A DNA stretch of 55,143 bases from an uncultured virus (IMG/VR IMGVR_UViG_3300009167_000001) (taxonomy: Duplodnaviria; Heunggongvirae; Uroviricota; Caudoviricetes), in IMG/VR virus record IMGVR_UViG_3300009167_000001; one strand, given 5' to 3'. This document shows positions 36,248 through 46,087 of this stretch, in pieces. The notes below the pieces were generated by a model. That model saw nothing but the letters and a program-made list of their open reading frames with translations, was not told where the DNA came from and did no database searches. The position numbers were made by a program, and so were the translations under genes. Numbering within the stretch: the first letter of the stretch is position 1; each line of letters starts with the position of its first letter.

Positions 36248-37149
36248 TGAATATAGCTATGCTTACAACTTGGAATTCTGCTTGTGGTATTGCTGAGTAC
36301 TCAAGAAATCTTGTTAAAGAGTTTTTAAAACTTGGACACAATGTTCTTGTATTAAACAATACTACTGATGGAGAATCTATCCGTTCTGGAGCAGCTTTTG
36401 TTACATCAAAAGTATTTGGCGTACATTGGTGGGGAGAAGACCCAACATTTAAAACAGAGCTTGCTTTGGATATGCTTCATTATTTTGAAGGCGCAGTAGG
36501 TCCAATAGCTGTTTTTCATGTTCAATATCAAGGAAGTCTTTATGAGCCAGAGGGATTTAATAAGCTTGTAGAAAATATTAAATGCAAAAAAGTCATAACA
36601 CTACATGATTCTTCTAAGAATTCTAAACATAATCTAGATATTTTTAATGATGTTATTACTCATAGTTTTCGGCCTACAGTAAGAAGGCATCAGCAGTATC
36701 ATGGCTTTTTATTTCCTACTATAGAAAGAACTCCTATGGTATTCAGTTTTGGAATGGGAAGAAATGACTATGCCTTTATTGAAAAGGCTTGTAAAGAGAT
36801 TGGTATAGATTTTGAAGGCCATGATGCTAGAAAAAATGGCTGGCTATCAGAAGAAGCTCTATTTGAGAAGATGAATAATGCCGATGCTATTGTTTTATGG
36901 TATAATGATGTGCCAATAGAAGGTCAAAGTGCTGCATTACGAACAGCGATAAGTTCTATGAGGCCAGTTATAGTTAACGATGTTGGCTGGTTTAAAAATG
37001 AACCACCATTTGTATATAAAGTTAGAACTAAAGATGAGCTACAAAATAAACTTTTACATATTTTAAATCTATATTATATAAGACAGAACTCATTTCAAAA
37101 TTGTGCAGAAAAATATCTGGAGGTATTCAGTGAAGTTAAAAAAGCTTAA
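36247..37149 (+). CDS. glycosyltransferase family 4-like (GT-B)
   Basis: TTWNSACGIAEYS, HVQY, VITLHD, SAAL..AIS..RPVIVNDV.WF. Confidence 0.75.
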   Translation: MNIAMLTTWNSACGIAEYSRNLVKEFLKLGHNVLVLNNTTDGESIRSGAAFVTSKVFGVHWWGEDPTFKTELALDMLHYFEGAVGPIAVFHVQYQGSLYEPEGFNKLVENIKCKKVITLHDSSKNSKHNLDIFNDVITHSFRPTVRRHQQYHGFLFPTIERTPMVFSFGMGRNDYAFIEKACKEIGIDFEGHDARKNGWLSEEALFEKMNNADAIVLWYNDVPIEGQSAALRTAISSMRPVIVNDVGWFKNEPPFVYKVRTKDELQNKLLHILNLYYIRQNSFQNCAEKYLEVFSEVKKA

Positions 37150-37323
37150 TGATTCTACCGCTGTAGACGAAAAAGGTAATGGTTGGTTCAGATACAAAGC
37201 TGGAGAACGACATTCTCAATGGGTAAGTTGTATTGTATGTGGAAAAACCGTACAGTATTATTGGTCAGATTGGCCTGATTATGAAGCAAAAGTTTGTGAT
37301 GTTTGTATGGTATGGGAGAAATA

Positions 37324-37641
37324 ATGAGAATTGATTTTTTACACCCAAAATTTCATGAGGGTTGGAATAGTACTGTTAGAAGAGGTATTCGCAGTATAAA
37401 TCCTGGAGATAAAGTAGAATTATTTGAAACTGGAGCAGAAACTCCTGTAGCTATTGGAGAAGTAACTGATATTATTGTAACTCAGCTTTCAACTATTTAT
37501 ATGTTTCCACAACTTATTCAATATCAACATGATGAAGAAACTCAACACTTACATGGTTTACTGGAAGCTATGGATAGAGCCTACCCAGGAATTAGACCGT
37601 CTGAAGTAATTACAATTATCTATTTTATGGTGGAGGAATAA
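37324..37641 (+). CDS. ASCH/PUA-like domain protein
   Basis: G.NSTVRRG.....GD.V...L...M...YP......VITII.F. Confidence 0.5.
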   Translation: MRIDFLHPKFHEGWNSTVRRGIRSINPGDKVELFETGAETPVAIGEVTDIIVTQLSTIYMFPQLIQYQHDEETQHLHGLLEAMDRAYPGIRPSEVITIIYFMVEE

Positions 37642-38090
37642 TGGAAAGACCTAGTTGGGATGAATACTTCATAGACTTAGCAGTATTAGTAGCTAGTCGC
37701 TCTACTTGTCTTAGAAAACAACACGGCGCAATTATAGTGAAAGACAAGCAAATTCTTAGTACAGGATACAATGGTACTCCCTCTAAAATAACTCACTGTG
37801 AAACTTGTTTTAGAGAAGAGCATAATATTCCTCATGGAACTATGTATGAGCTTTGCAAATCTACCCATGCTGAAGCTAATGCTATTGTACAAGCGGCCAA
37901 ACATGGAGTTTCTATTAATGGTGCCGATATGTATATTACTGGTATTCCGTGCCTTATGTGTGCAAGACTTATAATCAATGCTGGTATCAAGAATATAATT
38001 ACTGCGTTTGATGAAAACGAAGACCAGATGCAAGCATCATTAGAGCTTCTTAAAGAAGCCAAACTACCCTTTAGGAGAGTGGACTTGTAG
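37641..38090 (+). CDS. dCMP deaminase
   Basis: RPSWDEYF, RSTC, TGYNGTP, HAEANA, PCLMC. Confidence 0.92.
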   Translation: MERPSWDEYFIDLAVLVASRSTCLRKQHGAIIVKDKQILSTGYNGTPSKITHCETCFREEHNIPHGTMYELCKSTHAEANAIVQAAKHGVSINGADMYITGIPCLMCARLIINAGIKNIITAFDENEDQMQASLELLKEAKLPFRRVDL

Positions 38091-38302
38091 TGGAATGTCC
38101 AAGATGCCATAAGACACACTTTAATACTTTTATAATTAGCCGATATAAAGAGAAGATGCCTGTTAATAAATGTTGTATTTGTGGGTATCTTTGGATAGAT
38201 GACAAAGATTTAATTACACTAACAAAGGCTGAGTCGAAGAAAATGTTCATAGAAACTTTGAGGAATATGGGGAAATATGACCAACGAAAAGACAGTAGTT
38301 AA
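38090..38302 (+). CDS. Zn-ribbon protein
   Basis: CPRC...CCICGYLWID. Confidence 0.55.
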   Translation: MECPRCHKTHFNTFIISRYKEKMPVNKCCICGYLWIDDKDLITLTKAESKKMFIETLRNMGKYDQRKDSS

Positions 38303-40805
38303 ACTATCTCCTGCACTTGAAGAGAAGATAGTTGATAAAATTGTAGACCTTGCTCAATATATGGGAGAGATGAAATTCTACCCATATCAACTTCCTTTTG
38401 CTCGGAGACTAACTCAGAGCATTATCACTAATGAGGGTGCTACCCTCTCCGCTCTTTTTTCCCGTCAGTGTATTCTTCAAAAATCATTTATCATGGACCG
38501 TGATGGTAAGGTCATGTTCATTGAAAAACACCCTGATGCCTGGGAAACACAAAGTCAAGCTAATATTTTAGAGATTAAAACTCTTGGTGGTCATGTAATT
38601 AAATGCACAGAAGAACACCCTATTGCTACAGACCAAGGTTGGATGCCAGCCCAATGTGTAGAAAAGGGTACAAAAGTAGTAGTCCTAGACCAATGGAATA
38701 AGTTTGGAGATGGAATAATTCCATACAAGGACAAAACTTTTGTTATGAGTAATGATTTGGCTGAGTTAGTTGGATGGCTTACTGCAAATATCAGAGATTC
38801 AGAAGAAGTTAAAATCACCATAGGCCATAAAAGAGTCTTAGAACTGATTACAAAATATTTTCTTGATTCAGATTTTACTGCTAGAAAGACTAGTTTGACC
38901 ATTCGATTGAATGGTCACTTAAAAAATTTCTTAAAATTTGTAATTAAATACAATAGTTATGGTATGCCTGAAGGCATTAACTATTTTACTAGAGAACAGT
39001 TGATTAGATTCTTTTACCCACTATTTCTTACTAATGGAAAAACCTATAAGAAACCTAGCACTATGAAGATAATGCTAAAAGACTTAAACTATTTTGCTCT
39101 ATTGTTTTACAAGGAGCATCTTAATAAGCTAGGTTTACATGGAAACTACGAGATGTGGATTGGTCATAACTTAATTTTTCAATGTGCTACTAACTACTTA
39201 CGTTTTAAAGAATTGTTTGAAGAATATCTTCCCAAAGAGTATTTTCCTTCTTTCTATCAGTATAGAAAAAGAGCCAGCAAAACTTTTGAAGGAGAAGATG
39301 GAGAAATTCTTACCTATGCTAGAGTACATTCAATAAAATGGGAAGCTGTGCATGTTCCTGTATGGGATATTAATGTTCCTGATAAGGGATGGTTTTTAGT
39401 TTCAGGTGCAAAAGTGCATAACTCAGGAAAAACTCAAGTTGTAGCTATGATTACGGCTGCTTGCATGGTAGTTTTGCCTACGTTAGCAGAAAAATTTCCT
39501 GAGAATTTTGGCTTGTTTATTAAGGGATTTTGGGCTGGATGCTTTGGTCCTGTAGGAGAACAAGCTATTACAATGTTTGATAGAATCTACTCAGTTTTTG
39601 TTTCAGATAATAGTAAAAGATTATTCATTGAAGAGTTAAAGATGCCAATACCAGCGCAGGGTGGAGCGCGTGGAAACCTAATCAAGCTTAAAAATAAGTC
39701 CTTTGTACGTTATCAATCTGGTAGTCGTAGAGCAAAAGTTGAGTCTAAAACATACCATCTTATCATTCTTGATGAATGTCAAGATATGGAATCCTTCAAG
39801 ATTAAGAAGTCTATTCTTCCTATGGGTGCTGCTGTTAATGCTACAGTTGTAACTACAGGTACACCTGATGTTTACATTGGTTATTTTTATGATACAATAG
39901 AACAGAATAAAGCCGAAGATATTAAAAATCCAGGTCCAAAGCAAATGCACTTTGAAATTGATTATCAAGTTGCTCAAAAATATAATCCTATGTATAAGAA
40001 GTATATTCAAAAAGAGATAAAACGTCTTGGTTTTGAATCTGATGAATTCAAGATGGCCTATAGACTTATTTGGCCTATAACAAAAGGGATGGTATTTACT
40101 AAATCTCAACTAGATGAAAAGTGTTATAATAAGGCATTGAAGTTTGTACAGGAATGGCATGAAACACCTTGTATAGCTGGGCTTGACTTAGGAAAGGCTC
40201 AAAACTCTACAGTCGTGTTTGTTCTTAGACCTTTTTGGGAAGATGCTGACGAAGAAGGAAATGTTCCTAAACAAATTTTAAACTGGATGGAACTTGAAGG
40301 AGATGAATGGGAAGAACAATATCCAAAAGTGGTAGACTTTCTAAGCAACTATTGGATTGATTCCCTAGTCTGTGATTCAACAGGAGTAGGTAATCCTATA
40401 ACAGAACGTTATGCTAAACTACTTCCTAATACAAACGTAGTTCCATTTGTATTTAGTCCTACCTCTAAAGATATTGGGTATAAATACTTTCTTCAAGAAG
40501 TTAATCAAAAGAGATTAATTATTCCCGCCCATACGAGCGTTCGTAATACTAATCGGTTCAAAAAATTTGAGCATCAGATGACTACTTTGAAGAAACATTA
40601 TAGTGGTAAGTTTTTAAGTCCATGCCCTATAGATGCCGATAAAGGTCATGATGACTATTGTGATTCCTTGATGCTTGCTATATTCGGTACATTTTATGAA
40701 GTTATGCCTGAAATAGAAGAAACATACAATGATTTCTTCCTAGCATCAAGAGATAATATAGAACAAACCTTTGGAAGAAACTATTCTAGACCGAGAAAAA
40801 CATAA
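38277..40805 (+). CDS. terL: terminase large subunit with intein
   Basis: YPYQ, Walker A SRQ/SGKT split by intein, Walker B LIILDECQD, TGTP, nuclease AGLDLG and HDDYCDS. Confidence 0.9.
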   Translation: MTNEKTVVKLSPALEEKIVDKIVDLAQYMGEMKFYPYQLPFARRLTQSIITNEGATLSALFSRQCILQKSFIMDRDGKVMFIEKHPDAWETQSQANILEIKTLGGHVIKCTEEHPIATDQGWMPAQCVEKGTKVVVLDQWNKFGDGIIPYKDKTFVMSNDLAELVGWLTANIRDSEEVKITIGHKRVLELITKYFLDSDFTARKTSLTIRLNGHLKNFLKFVIKYNSYGMPEGINYFTREQLIRFFYPLFLTNGKTYKKPSTMKIMLKDLNYFALLFYKEHLNKLGLHGNYEMWIGHNLIFQCATNYLRFKELFEEYLPKEYFPSFYQYRKRASKTFEGEDGEILTYARVHSIKWEAVHVPVWDINVPDKGWFLVSGAKVHNSGKTQVVAMITAACMVVLPTLAEKFPENFGLFIKGFWAGCFGPVGEQAITMFDRIYSVFVSDNSKRLFIEELKMPIPAQGGARGNLIKLKNKSFVRYQSGSRRAKVESKTYHLIILDECQDMESFKIKKSILPMGAAVNATVVTTGTPDVYIGYFYDTIEQNKAEDIKNPGPKQMHFEIDYQVAQKYNPMYKKYIQKEIKRLGFESDEFKMAYRLIWPITKGMVFTKSQLDEKCYNKALKFVQEWHETPCIAGLDLGKAQNSTVVFVLRPFWEDADEEGNVPKQILNWMELEGDEWEEQYPKVVDFLSNYWIDSLVCDSTGVGNPITERYAKLLPNTNVVPFVFSPTSKDIGYKYFLQEVNQKRLIIPAHTSVRNTNRFKKFEHQMTTLKKHYSGKFLSPCPIDADKGHDDYCDSLMLAIFGTFYEVMPEIEETYNDFFLASRDNIEQTFGRNYSRPRKT
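38469..39422 (+). mobile_element. intein (318 aa) with degenerate LAGLIDADG-type endonuclease region
   Basis: Starts C (CILQKS), block B KCTEEHPI, ends VWDINV...F...KVHN followed by Ser; removal restores FSRQSGKT. Confidence 0.9.
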
Positions 40806-40820
40806 TATTATAGAGAGGGG

Positions 40821-42410
40821 GTGTTTAAAATAACATACGCTTTACCTGGAAATTTTGATTCACAAGTATATTCTAGTACATTCTTTGCTCAAGTGTTCAA
40901 CTTTGGTCCAGACCATTCTGAGCGAGTTACAAAATATCAAAACTGCTGGGATTTCTATGATGGAAAACATTGGACACAAACATCACCAGAAGGTTTTGAC
41001 CAAGTTACAATTAACTATTGCAAAACTTTTGTTAAAAAACTAAGACGTTTTGCATTTAGAAATTCCTGGTCAATGGTATTTACTCCAGAGCAAATTGAAG
41101 ATGGAATTGATACTTGGGTTAAAGATGTTTGGAAGAACAATAACTTGAAAGGAATTACGAATACTGTGGCTGATTTTGGTGGTATTTTTGGGGATTGGTT
41201 TATCTATCCTCAATGGCTTCCTAGTGCAGATGATGATATAGAAAAGCCAACTAATCCTGCTGATGTTAAATTAGTAGCCTTAGACCCTAGATATGTATTT
41301 CCACAATACAATTCGAAAACTGGAGATATGGAATTCTGTATCGTTTTGATTCCTTATCAAGATTTTAAACTTGTAGGAAACCAATTTGAATTAGAAAATA
41401 GAATCTATAGAGAGGTTCACACAAAAGAAAAAATCTTTATACAAGAACTAAATGAAAAAAATGAAGTTGTAGAAGACAGGGTAATTGACAATCCTCTTAA
41501 TAAACTATTGATTGTTCATGGAATTCATCAACCTAAGCCTGGAAGCGATTTTGGCGCTGGTATTGTGGAGGACGTAATTGATGGAAATAAACTTTTCAAT
41601 GAAAAAACTTCTGACGTATCCGATATCTTGGATTATCACGCTGCTCCTATTACTATTATTTACGGAGCCAAGGCGAGACAACTAGAAAAGGGAGCAAACA
41701 AGATATGGTCTGGTCTTCCTGCTAATGCTAAAGTAGAGAACTTATCTAGCCAAGGAAATATTCCTGCGGCTAGAGACTTCTTGAAAGACGTTAAAACTTG
41801 GATGCATGAATTAGCAAGTATTCCTGAAAAGTCCCTTGGTGGTGAAAGACAAATTAGTAATACTGCTGCCTCTGCATTAGCTATTGATTTTGAACCTATT
41901 ATAGAGTTGGCAGAAGATGTTCAGTTTTATTTTGATACGGGTATAAAGAAAGTAAATGAGCTTATTATAGATATTGGTATCTATACTGGAGCTATTAGTA
42001 CAGACCTAGAAAAACCAATTCTATATGAACATCATATAGAGCATGGGTCTTTACTTCCTAGAGATAGGTCTATCGACCTAGCAGATATTACTACAGAGAT
42101 TAATCTTAGTATAGAGTCTAAAAGAGGCGCTATGCAAAGACTTGGAATTAAAAATGTTGATGCTAAGATTAAAGAAATTGAAGATGAAGAGGAAGAAGAA
42201 AAGAAACGTGCTATGGAGTTAGCTCAGAAATATATGCCACCTGAAATGGTATATGAGGCTGGTAATACTGAAAACTTTGAAGAGCCAGATATATACGAGA
42301 AAGAAGAAGGTACTACTACTAAACAAAAAAAGGCAAGAAAAGCGGTGAATAAAAATCCTGTTGTTCATGGGCAACAAGTAACTGATGAAGCTACGGTTAA
42401 TAAATCATAG
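40821..42410 (+). CDS. portal protein
   Basis: Follows terL; WDFYDGKHW, NYCKTFV, IIYGAK...KG, ISNT..SAL; 529 aa. Confidence 0.85.
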   Translation: MFKITYALPGNFDSQVYSSTFFAQVFNFGPDHSERVTKYQNCWDFYDGKHWTQTSPEGFDQVTINYCKTFVKKLRRFAFRNSWSMVFTPEQIEDGIDTWVKDVWKNNNLKGITNTVADFGGIFGDWFIYPQWLPSADDDIEKPTNPADVKLVALDPRYVFPQYNSKTGDMEFCIVLIPYQDFKLVGNQFELENRIYREVHTKEKIFIQELNEKNEVVEDRVIDNPLNKLLIVHGIHQPKPGSDFGAGIVEDVIDGNKLFNEKTSDVSDILDYHAAPITIIYGAKARQLEKGANKIWSGLPANAKVENLSSQGNIPAARDFLKDVKTWMHELASIPEKSLGGERQISNTAASALAIDFEPIIELAEDVQFYFDTGIKKVNELIIDIGIYTGAISTDLEKPILYEHHIEHGSLLPRDRSIDLADITTEINLSIESKRGAMQRLGIKNVDAKIKEIEDEEEEEKKRAMELAQKYMPPEMVYEAGNTENFEEPDIYEKEEGTTTKQKKARKAVNKNPVVHGQQVTDEATVNKS

Positions 42411-42448
42411 GGTTAACTCTAGATAAAGAGTTAACCCTCCCCTTTTTT
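42409..42448 (+). terminator. rho-independent terminator
   Basis: Perfect 12-bp stem AGGGTTAACTCT/AGAGTTAACCCT, then T6. Confidence 0.8.
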
Positions 42449-42525
42449 GCCTTTTGTTAGAATTTAAAGTTAAATATTAAGTTGACCGATATTTAAAATA
42501 ACTACATTTAGAGTAAGGGGGTGAA

Positions 42526-42723
42526 ATGGCTAGAGGAACATTTAAACCTGAAAAACCTGCTAAGAATACAGAAAAGGTGGGTGTATTCAATAAGGCTGTT
42601 AATGATTTAAGACCAACTACAATGGATGATTCAGCTAATGCTGATGCTTGGGCAAAGCATGTTAATCAAATTGGTTGGGAAAAAGAAGCATATAAGTCGG
42701 ATGACCCTAATGCTACTTCGTAA
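42526..42723 (+). CDS. small head-module protein
   Basis: GGGGGTGA RBS; between portal and scaffold. Confidence 0.6.
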   Translation: MARGTFKPEKPAKNTEKVGVFNKAVNDLRPTTMDDSANADAWAKHVNQIGWEKEAYKSDDPNATS

Positions 42724-42742
42724 ATAAGAAAGGAGAACGAAA

Positions 42743-43486
42743 ATGTCTGATAATAATGACGCTCTTGAGCCGCAGAAAGAAGATGAGACAGACGAAAAGG
42801 AACTAGAAGGTAAGGAAACCCCGGTGGAGGGGAAAGAAAAAGAGGAAAAGAAAGAAGAGAAAAAAGAAGAGAAGTCTGTTGATGTTGAAGCTTATAAAAA
42901 AGCTCTTGAAGATGAGTGGTTAGAAAAAATTCGTACTCAAGAAAAAGCAAAGCTTTATGACTCTTTCGAGAAGTATAAAGAAGATGCTAAAAAAGCTAAC
43001 GAAGCACGAAAAGCCGCTGAAGATAAGCTTAAAGAGTATGAAACTTCTAAGTTATCTGTTGAAGAACAATCCGTTCTTAAACTTGAACAACTAGAAGAAT
43101 CTAATGCTAAATTACAAGCTCAAATGCAAGAATTGGTTGAGGAAGCTAACAACAAAATTAACACTCTTCAGCTAGAGTTGGTCAAAAAAGAAGTGCTTGC
43201 ACAGTATGGAGACGAAATAATTCCTGCACTTGTAACAGGAAGTACTATTGAGGAATTGACCCAAAGTGCCGAAAATGCTCATAGAGAATATATCTCTATT
43301 CGTGAACGTGAGCTTGCTAAGGTAAAAGATATTGTTAAACCAAAGACACAAATTGGTGGTGGAATAAATCCTCAGAATGATAGACTTAATGCTGGAGTCA
43401 ACGTTGCAGATTTAAATAAAATCACAGACCCAAAAATTTGGGAAGCTAATAGGGATAAATTCCTAGAAGAAGCTCTAAAATCATAA
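42743..43486 (+). CDS. capsid scaffolding protein
   Basis: Glu/Lys-rich coiled coil immediately before the capsid gene. Confidence 0.75.
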   Translation: MSDNNDALEPQKEDETDEKELEGKETPVEGKEKEEKKEEKKEEKSVDVEAYKKALEDEWLEKIRTQEKAKLYDSFEKYKEDAKKANEARKAAEDKLKEYETSKLSVEEQSVLKLEQLEESNAKLQAQMQELVEEANNKINTLQLELVKKEVLAQYGDEIIPALVTGSTIEELTQSAENAHREYISIRERELAKVKDIVKPKTQIGGGINPQNDRLNAGVNVADLNKITDPKIWEANRDKFLEEALKS

Positions 43487-43519
43487 TTTTAAAGAAAGGA
43501 AAGGGGGTGAATAACTAGA

Positions 43520-44440
43520 ATGACAAGTTATCTTACTACTGCTCTTGCAGCTACGGGTGGAACTAATGTAAGACTTTCTGAAGTGGTTCTTACCATTTAC
43601 AGCAAAGATATTATGTTCCAGGCGCAGCCTGTACTAAGATTTGACCAGTTTGCTCAGGTTAAAACCGACCTTTCCGCTACTCCTGGTAAACAAATTACCT
43701 TCTTCAAGTATAATAACCTAACTGCTGGTGGCCTGTTAACTGAAGGTACGCCTCTGGCTACTAAAGCTTTGGCGGGTTCGCAAGTATCTATTGCGGTGTA
43801 TGAATACGGTAACGCTGTTGCTGTGTCTAATATGCTGTTAGTTACTGCTTTCACAGATGTTATGGCTGATACTGCTAAATTGCTTGGACAAGATTATGCA
43901 AAAGTCATCGACGCTTTGGCGAGAGATACGGTTGAAGCTGGTGCCGGTAGTACTGTATTTGCTAATGACAGAGCTAATGCTGATGCTATTACATCTACAG
44001 ACTATCTAACAATGGAAGAAGTTAAAGACGCTGTTGAAATTCTTGCTACAAATAACGCGCAAAAGATTAACAACGACCATTGGGTTATGTTTGTGCATCC
44101 ACACCAAAGCCGTAATCTGCGTGATGATGCTGACTGGGTAACAGTTGGTAAACTAGACCCTCAACGTTTGTACAATGGGGAAATAGGACGTATTGATGAC
44201 GTTATCTTCGTGGAAACTACTCAAGTTAGTATAGATGCTAATGAGGCAGCTACTCCTGTTGATACTTACTCTGCTATCATGATTGGCGACAATGCTTTCG
44301 GTAAAGCCGTAGCGTTGCCGGTTGAAATGCGTGATAATGGTGTTGTAGACTTCGGGCGTGAGCGTGACTTAGCATGGTATACTATTGTTGGATATGGTGT
44401 TCTTAATGCTGATAACATCGTTAAAGTCCAAACTGCTTAA
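43520..44440 (+). CDS. major capsid protein (N4-gp56-like HK97 fold)
   Basis: QPVLRFDQFA, PG..I.F.KY..L, LTEG, EYGNAV, FVHPHQ, GEIGRI..V.FVET, DFGRE..LAWY. Confidence 0.88.
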   Translation: MTSYLTTALAATGGTNVRLSEVVLTIYSKDIMFQAQPVLRFDQFAQVKTDLSATPGKQITFFKYNNLTAGGLLTEGTPLATKALAGSQVSIAVYEYGNAVAVSNMLLVTAFTDVMADTAKLLGQDYAKVIDALARDTVEAGAGSTVFANDRANADAITSTDYLTMEEVKDAVEILATNNAQKINNDHWVMFVHPHQSRNLRDDADWVTVGKLDPQRLYNGEIGRIDDVIFVETTQVSIDANEAATPVDTYSAIMIGDNAFGKAVALPVEMRDNGVVDFGRERDLAWYTIVGYGVLNADNIVKVQTA

Positions 44441-44465
44441 TCCTAAGTTTTGGCATTGACAAGAC

Positions 44466-44510
44466 GGGGAGTGGATGATATTATGATATATTGTCTACTC
44501 CCCTATTTTA
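44466..44510 (+). terminator. stem-loop terminator after capsid gene
   Basis: GGGGAGTGGA...TCTACTCCCC stem (one G-U) followed by TATTTTT. Confidence 0.65.
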
Positions 44511-44523
44511 TAAAGGAGATAAA

Positions 44524-44841
44524 ATGAGTAAAATAAAAAAAGCCATCTTTGAAGATGAGGAAGCTCTCCAGAGCATTGAAGAATTGAAAGAGATTACAGA
44601 AGAGCCTAAAGAAATACCAGAAGAAGAGATTGAAAAACTATTTAGCTATGAGCCGATTCAAGTAGAAGAGGTTCAAACAATAGAAACCACTATAGAGGTC
44701 ATCCCTCTTAGGGATGATAGGTTTTCTTTTGGTGGAACATGGTATTATTTGACAAAAGGTAAACCTCAAAAAGTGCCTATTGCGGTACGAGATTTTCTTT
44801 TAATGAACAAACAAAACCCGAGAATTAAGGATATATGGTAA
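44524..44841 (+). CDS. hypothetical head-module protein
   Basis: AAGGAG RBS; acidic N-terminus, FGG.WY....G...KVP..V. Confidence 0.6.
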   Translation: MSKIKKAIFEDEEALQSIEELKEITEEPKEIPEEEIEKLFSYEPIQVEEVQTIETTIEVIPLRDDRFSFGGTWYYLTKGKPQKVPIAVRDFLLMNKQNPRIKDIW

Positions 44842-45299
44842 ACTATAATAACATATTTCTTGAAAAAACAGGACAGTTAGATGCAACAAATCCTTGGGAT
44901 GATACTAAAATTGAGGGTTTTCTAAACAACTACTCTTTTATTATTTCAAAGGATTATGCGACTCCTTGGGCTGATTTTGCTACTGTTCCTGATAGATATC
45001 AATATCCTGTTGTGCTTTATTCCGCTATACAATTTTGGTGGTTTAAAGCTGGAGAATCAGCAACCAAATTTGATGTTCAAGTTGGTGGTACAACAGGCCA
45101 AAAATCAACACAGATTTTCTATCGTGCATTGGAAATGATAGATTATCTTACAAAAGAGCTTGAAAAAATTGCTTCTGATATAATGTTGGAAGATTCATCT
45201 GCTGGTGATATAATTGTTGGAGACTTAGTAAAACGTAGTAAATTTACAGGATATCTTGTTCCAAGAGAAGATGACCCAGCAGGAGATTGGACTAGTTAA
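44835..45299 (+). CDS. putative head-tail adaptor
   Basis: Position after capsid; size and helical character. Confidence 0.5.
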   Translation: MVNYNNIFLEKTGQLDATNPWDDTKIEGFLNNYSFIISKDYATPWADFATVPDRYQYPVVLYSAIQFWWFKAGESATKFDVQVGGTTGQKSTQIFYRALEMIDYLTKELEKIASDIMLEDSSAGDIIVGDLVKRSKFTGYLVPREDDPAGDWTS

Positions 45300-46087
45300 T
45301 GGGAGTAATAGCTGACACATTTGGTCAGATTATAAATGATTTACAAAATGCTACAGGTGCAGGAGCAGCTAGATTTGGTCGTGTATCAGGGCATGTATCT
45401 ACATTTGGACCAAGAGGAATGTGGACAGATGAAAAAACTGGGAGAAGATATGGACCAGAGCGCGGAGGAATTGGTGCAGCCCTTTTACTTACAATGAGTA
45501 GAGAAGATTTTGCTGCGGCTACTAGAAGAGTTAGAGCATATGAACGAATACCATATCTTACTGGTACATTTGCTTTAAATAAAGTTGGTCACTATATAAT
45601 TGGTCATGATGGACCTGTAAATAGAGCTTTTGATACAGAAAGTGCGCCAGGTGGTGAGCCGTGGCAAGAGCTTTCTGATTCAGAAAAAAGATGGAGAGCG
45701 CATGGTGGTGGAGGAATGGTTGAAGGACCAATTCTTGATGATGCGACTGACCAAAATCCTTCTGAAAAACTTAAAATGATAGCTATGAGTGAATCCCAAA
45801 TGCTACAAGTAAATGTTACTGGGCAATATGCTAGATTATTAGTAAGTCCTGAACATCTTGAAGGTAAAGCAAGATTTAAATTTTTTGTTCATCAACTAGG
45901 AAGTGATAATGGTTGGGGAATGGGAATAGAAATTCCTGCAAGACCATTCTTCCCTGAAAGTCCAGACGATTTAAATTCTGCTGAAGTTGCAACTATAACA
46001 CATTTAATCACAGAAGGTATTGACGAAGGTGTGGAAGAAAGGGCTGCGGAGAGAGGATTACGATTGGCGAGAGGTCTTAGAGGATGA
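45299..46087 (+). CDS. virion morphogenesis / tail completion protein (Mu gpG-like)
   Basis: F..E.AP.G.PWQELS, HQLG, IPARPFF. Confidence 0.7.
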   Translation: MGVIADTFGQIINDLQNATGAGAARFGRVSGHVSTFGPRGMWTDEKTGRRYGPERGGIGAALLLTMSREDFAAATRRVRAYERIPYLTGTFALNKVGHYIIGHDGPVNRAFDTESAPGGEPWQELSDSEKRWRAHGGGGMVEGPILDDATDQNPSEKLKMIAMSESQMLQVNVTGQYARLLVSPEHLEGKARFKFFVHQLGSDNGWGMGIEIPARPFFPESPDDLNSAEVATITHLITEGIDEGVEERAAERGLRLARGLRG

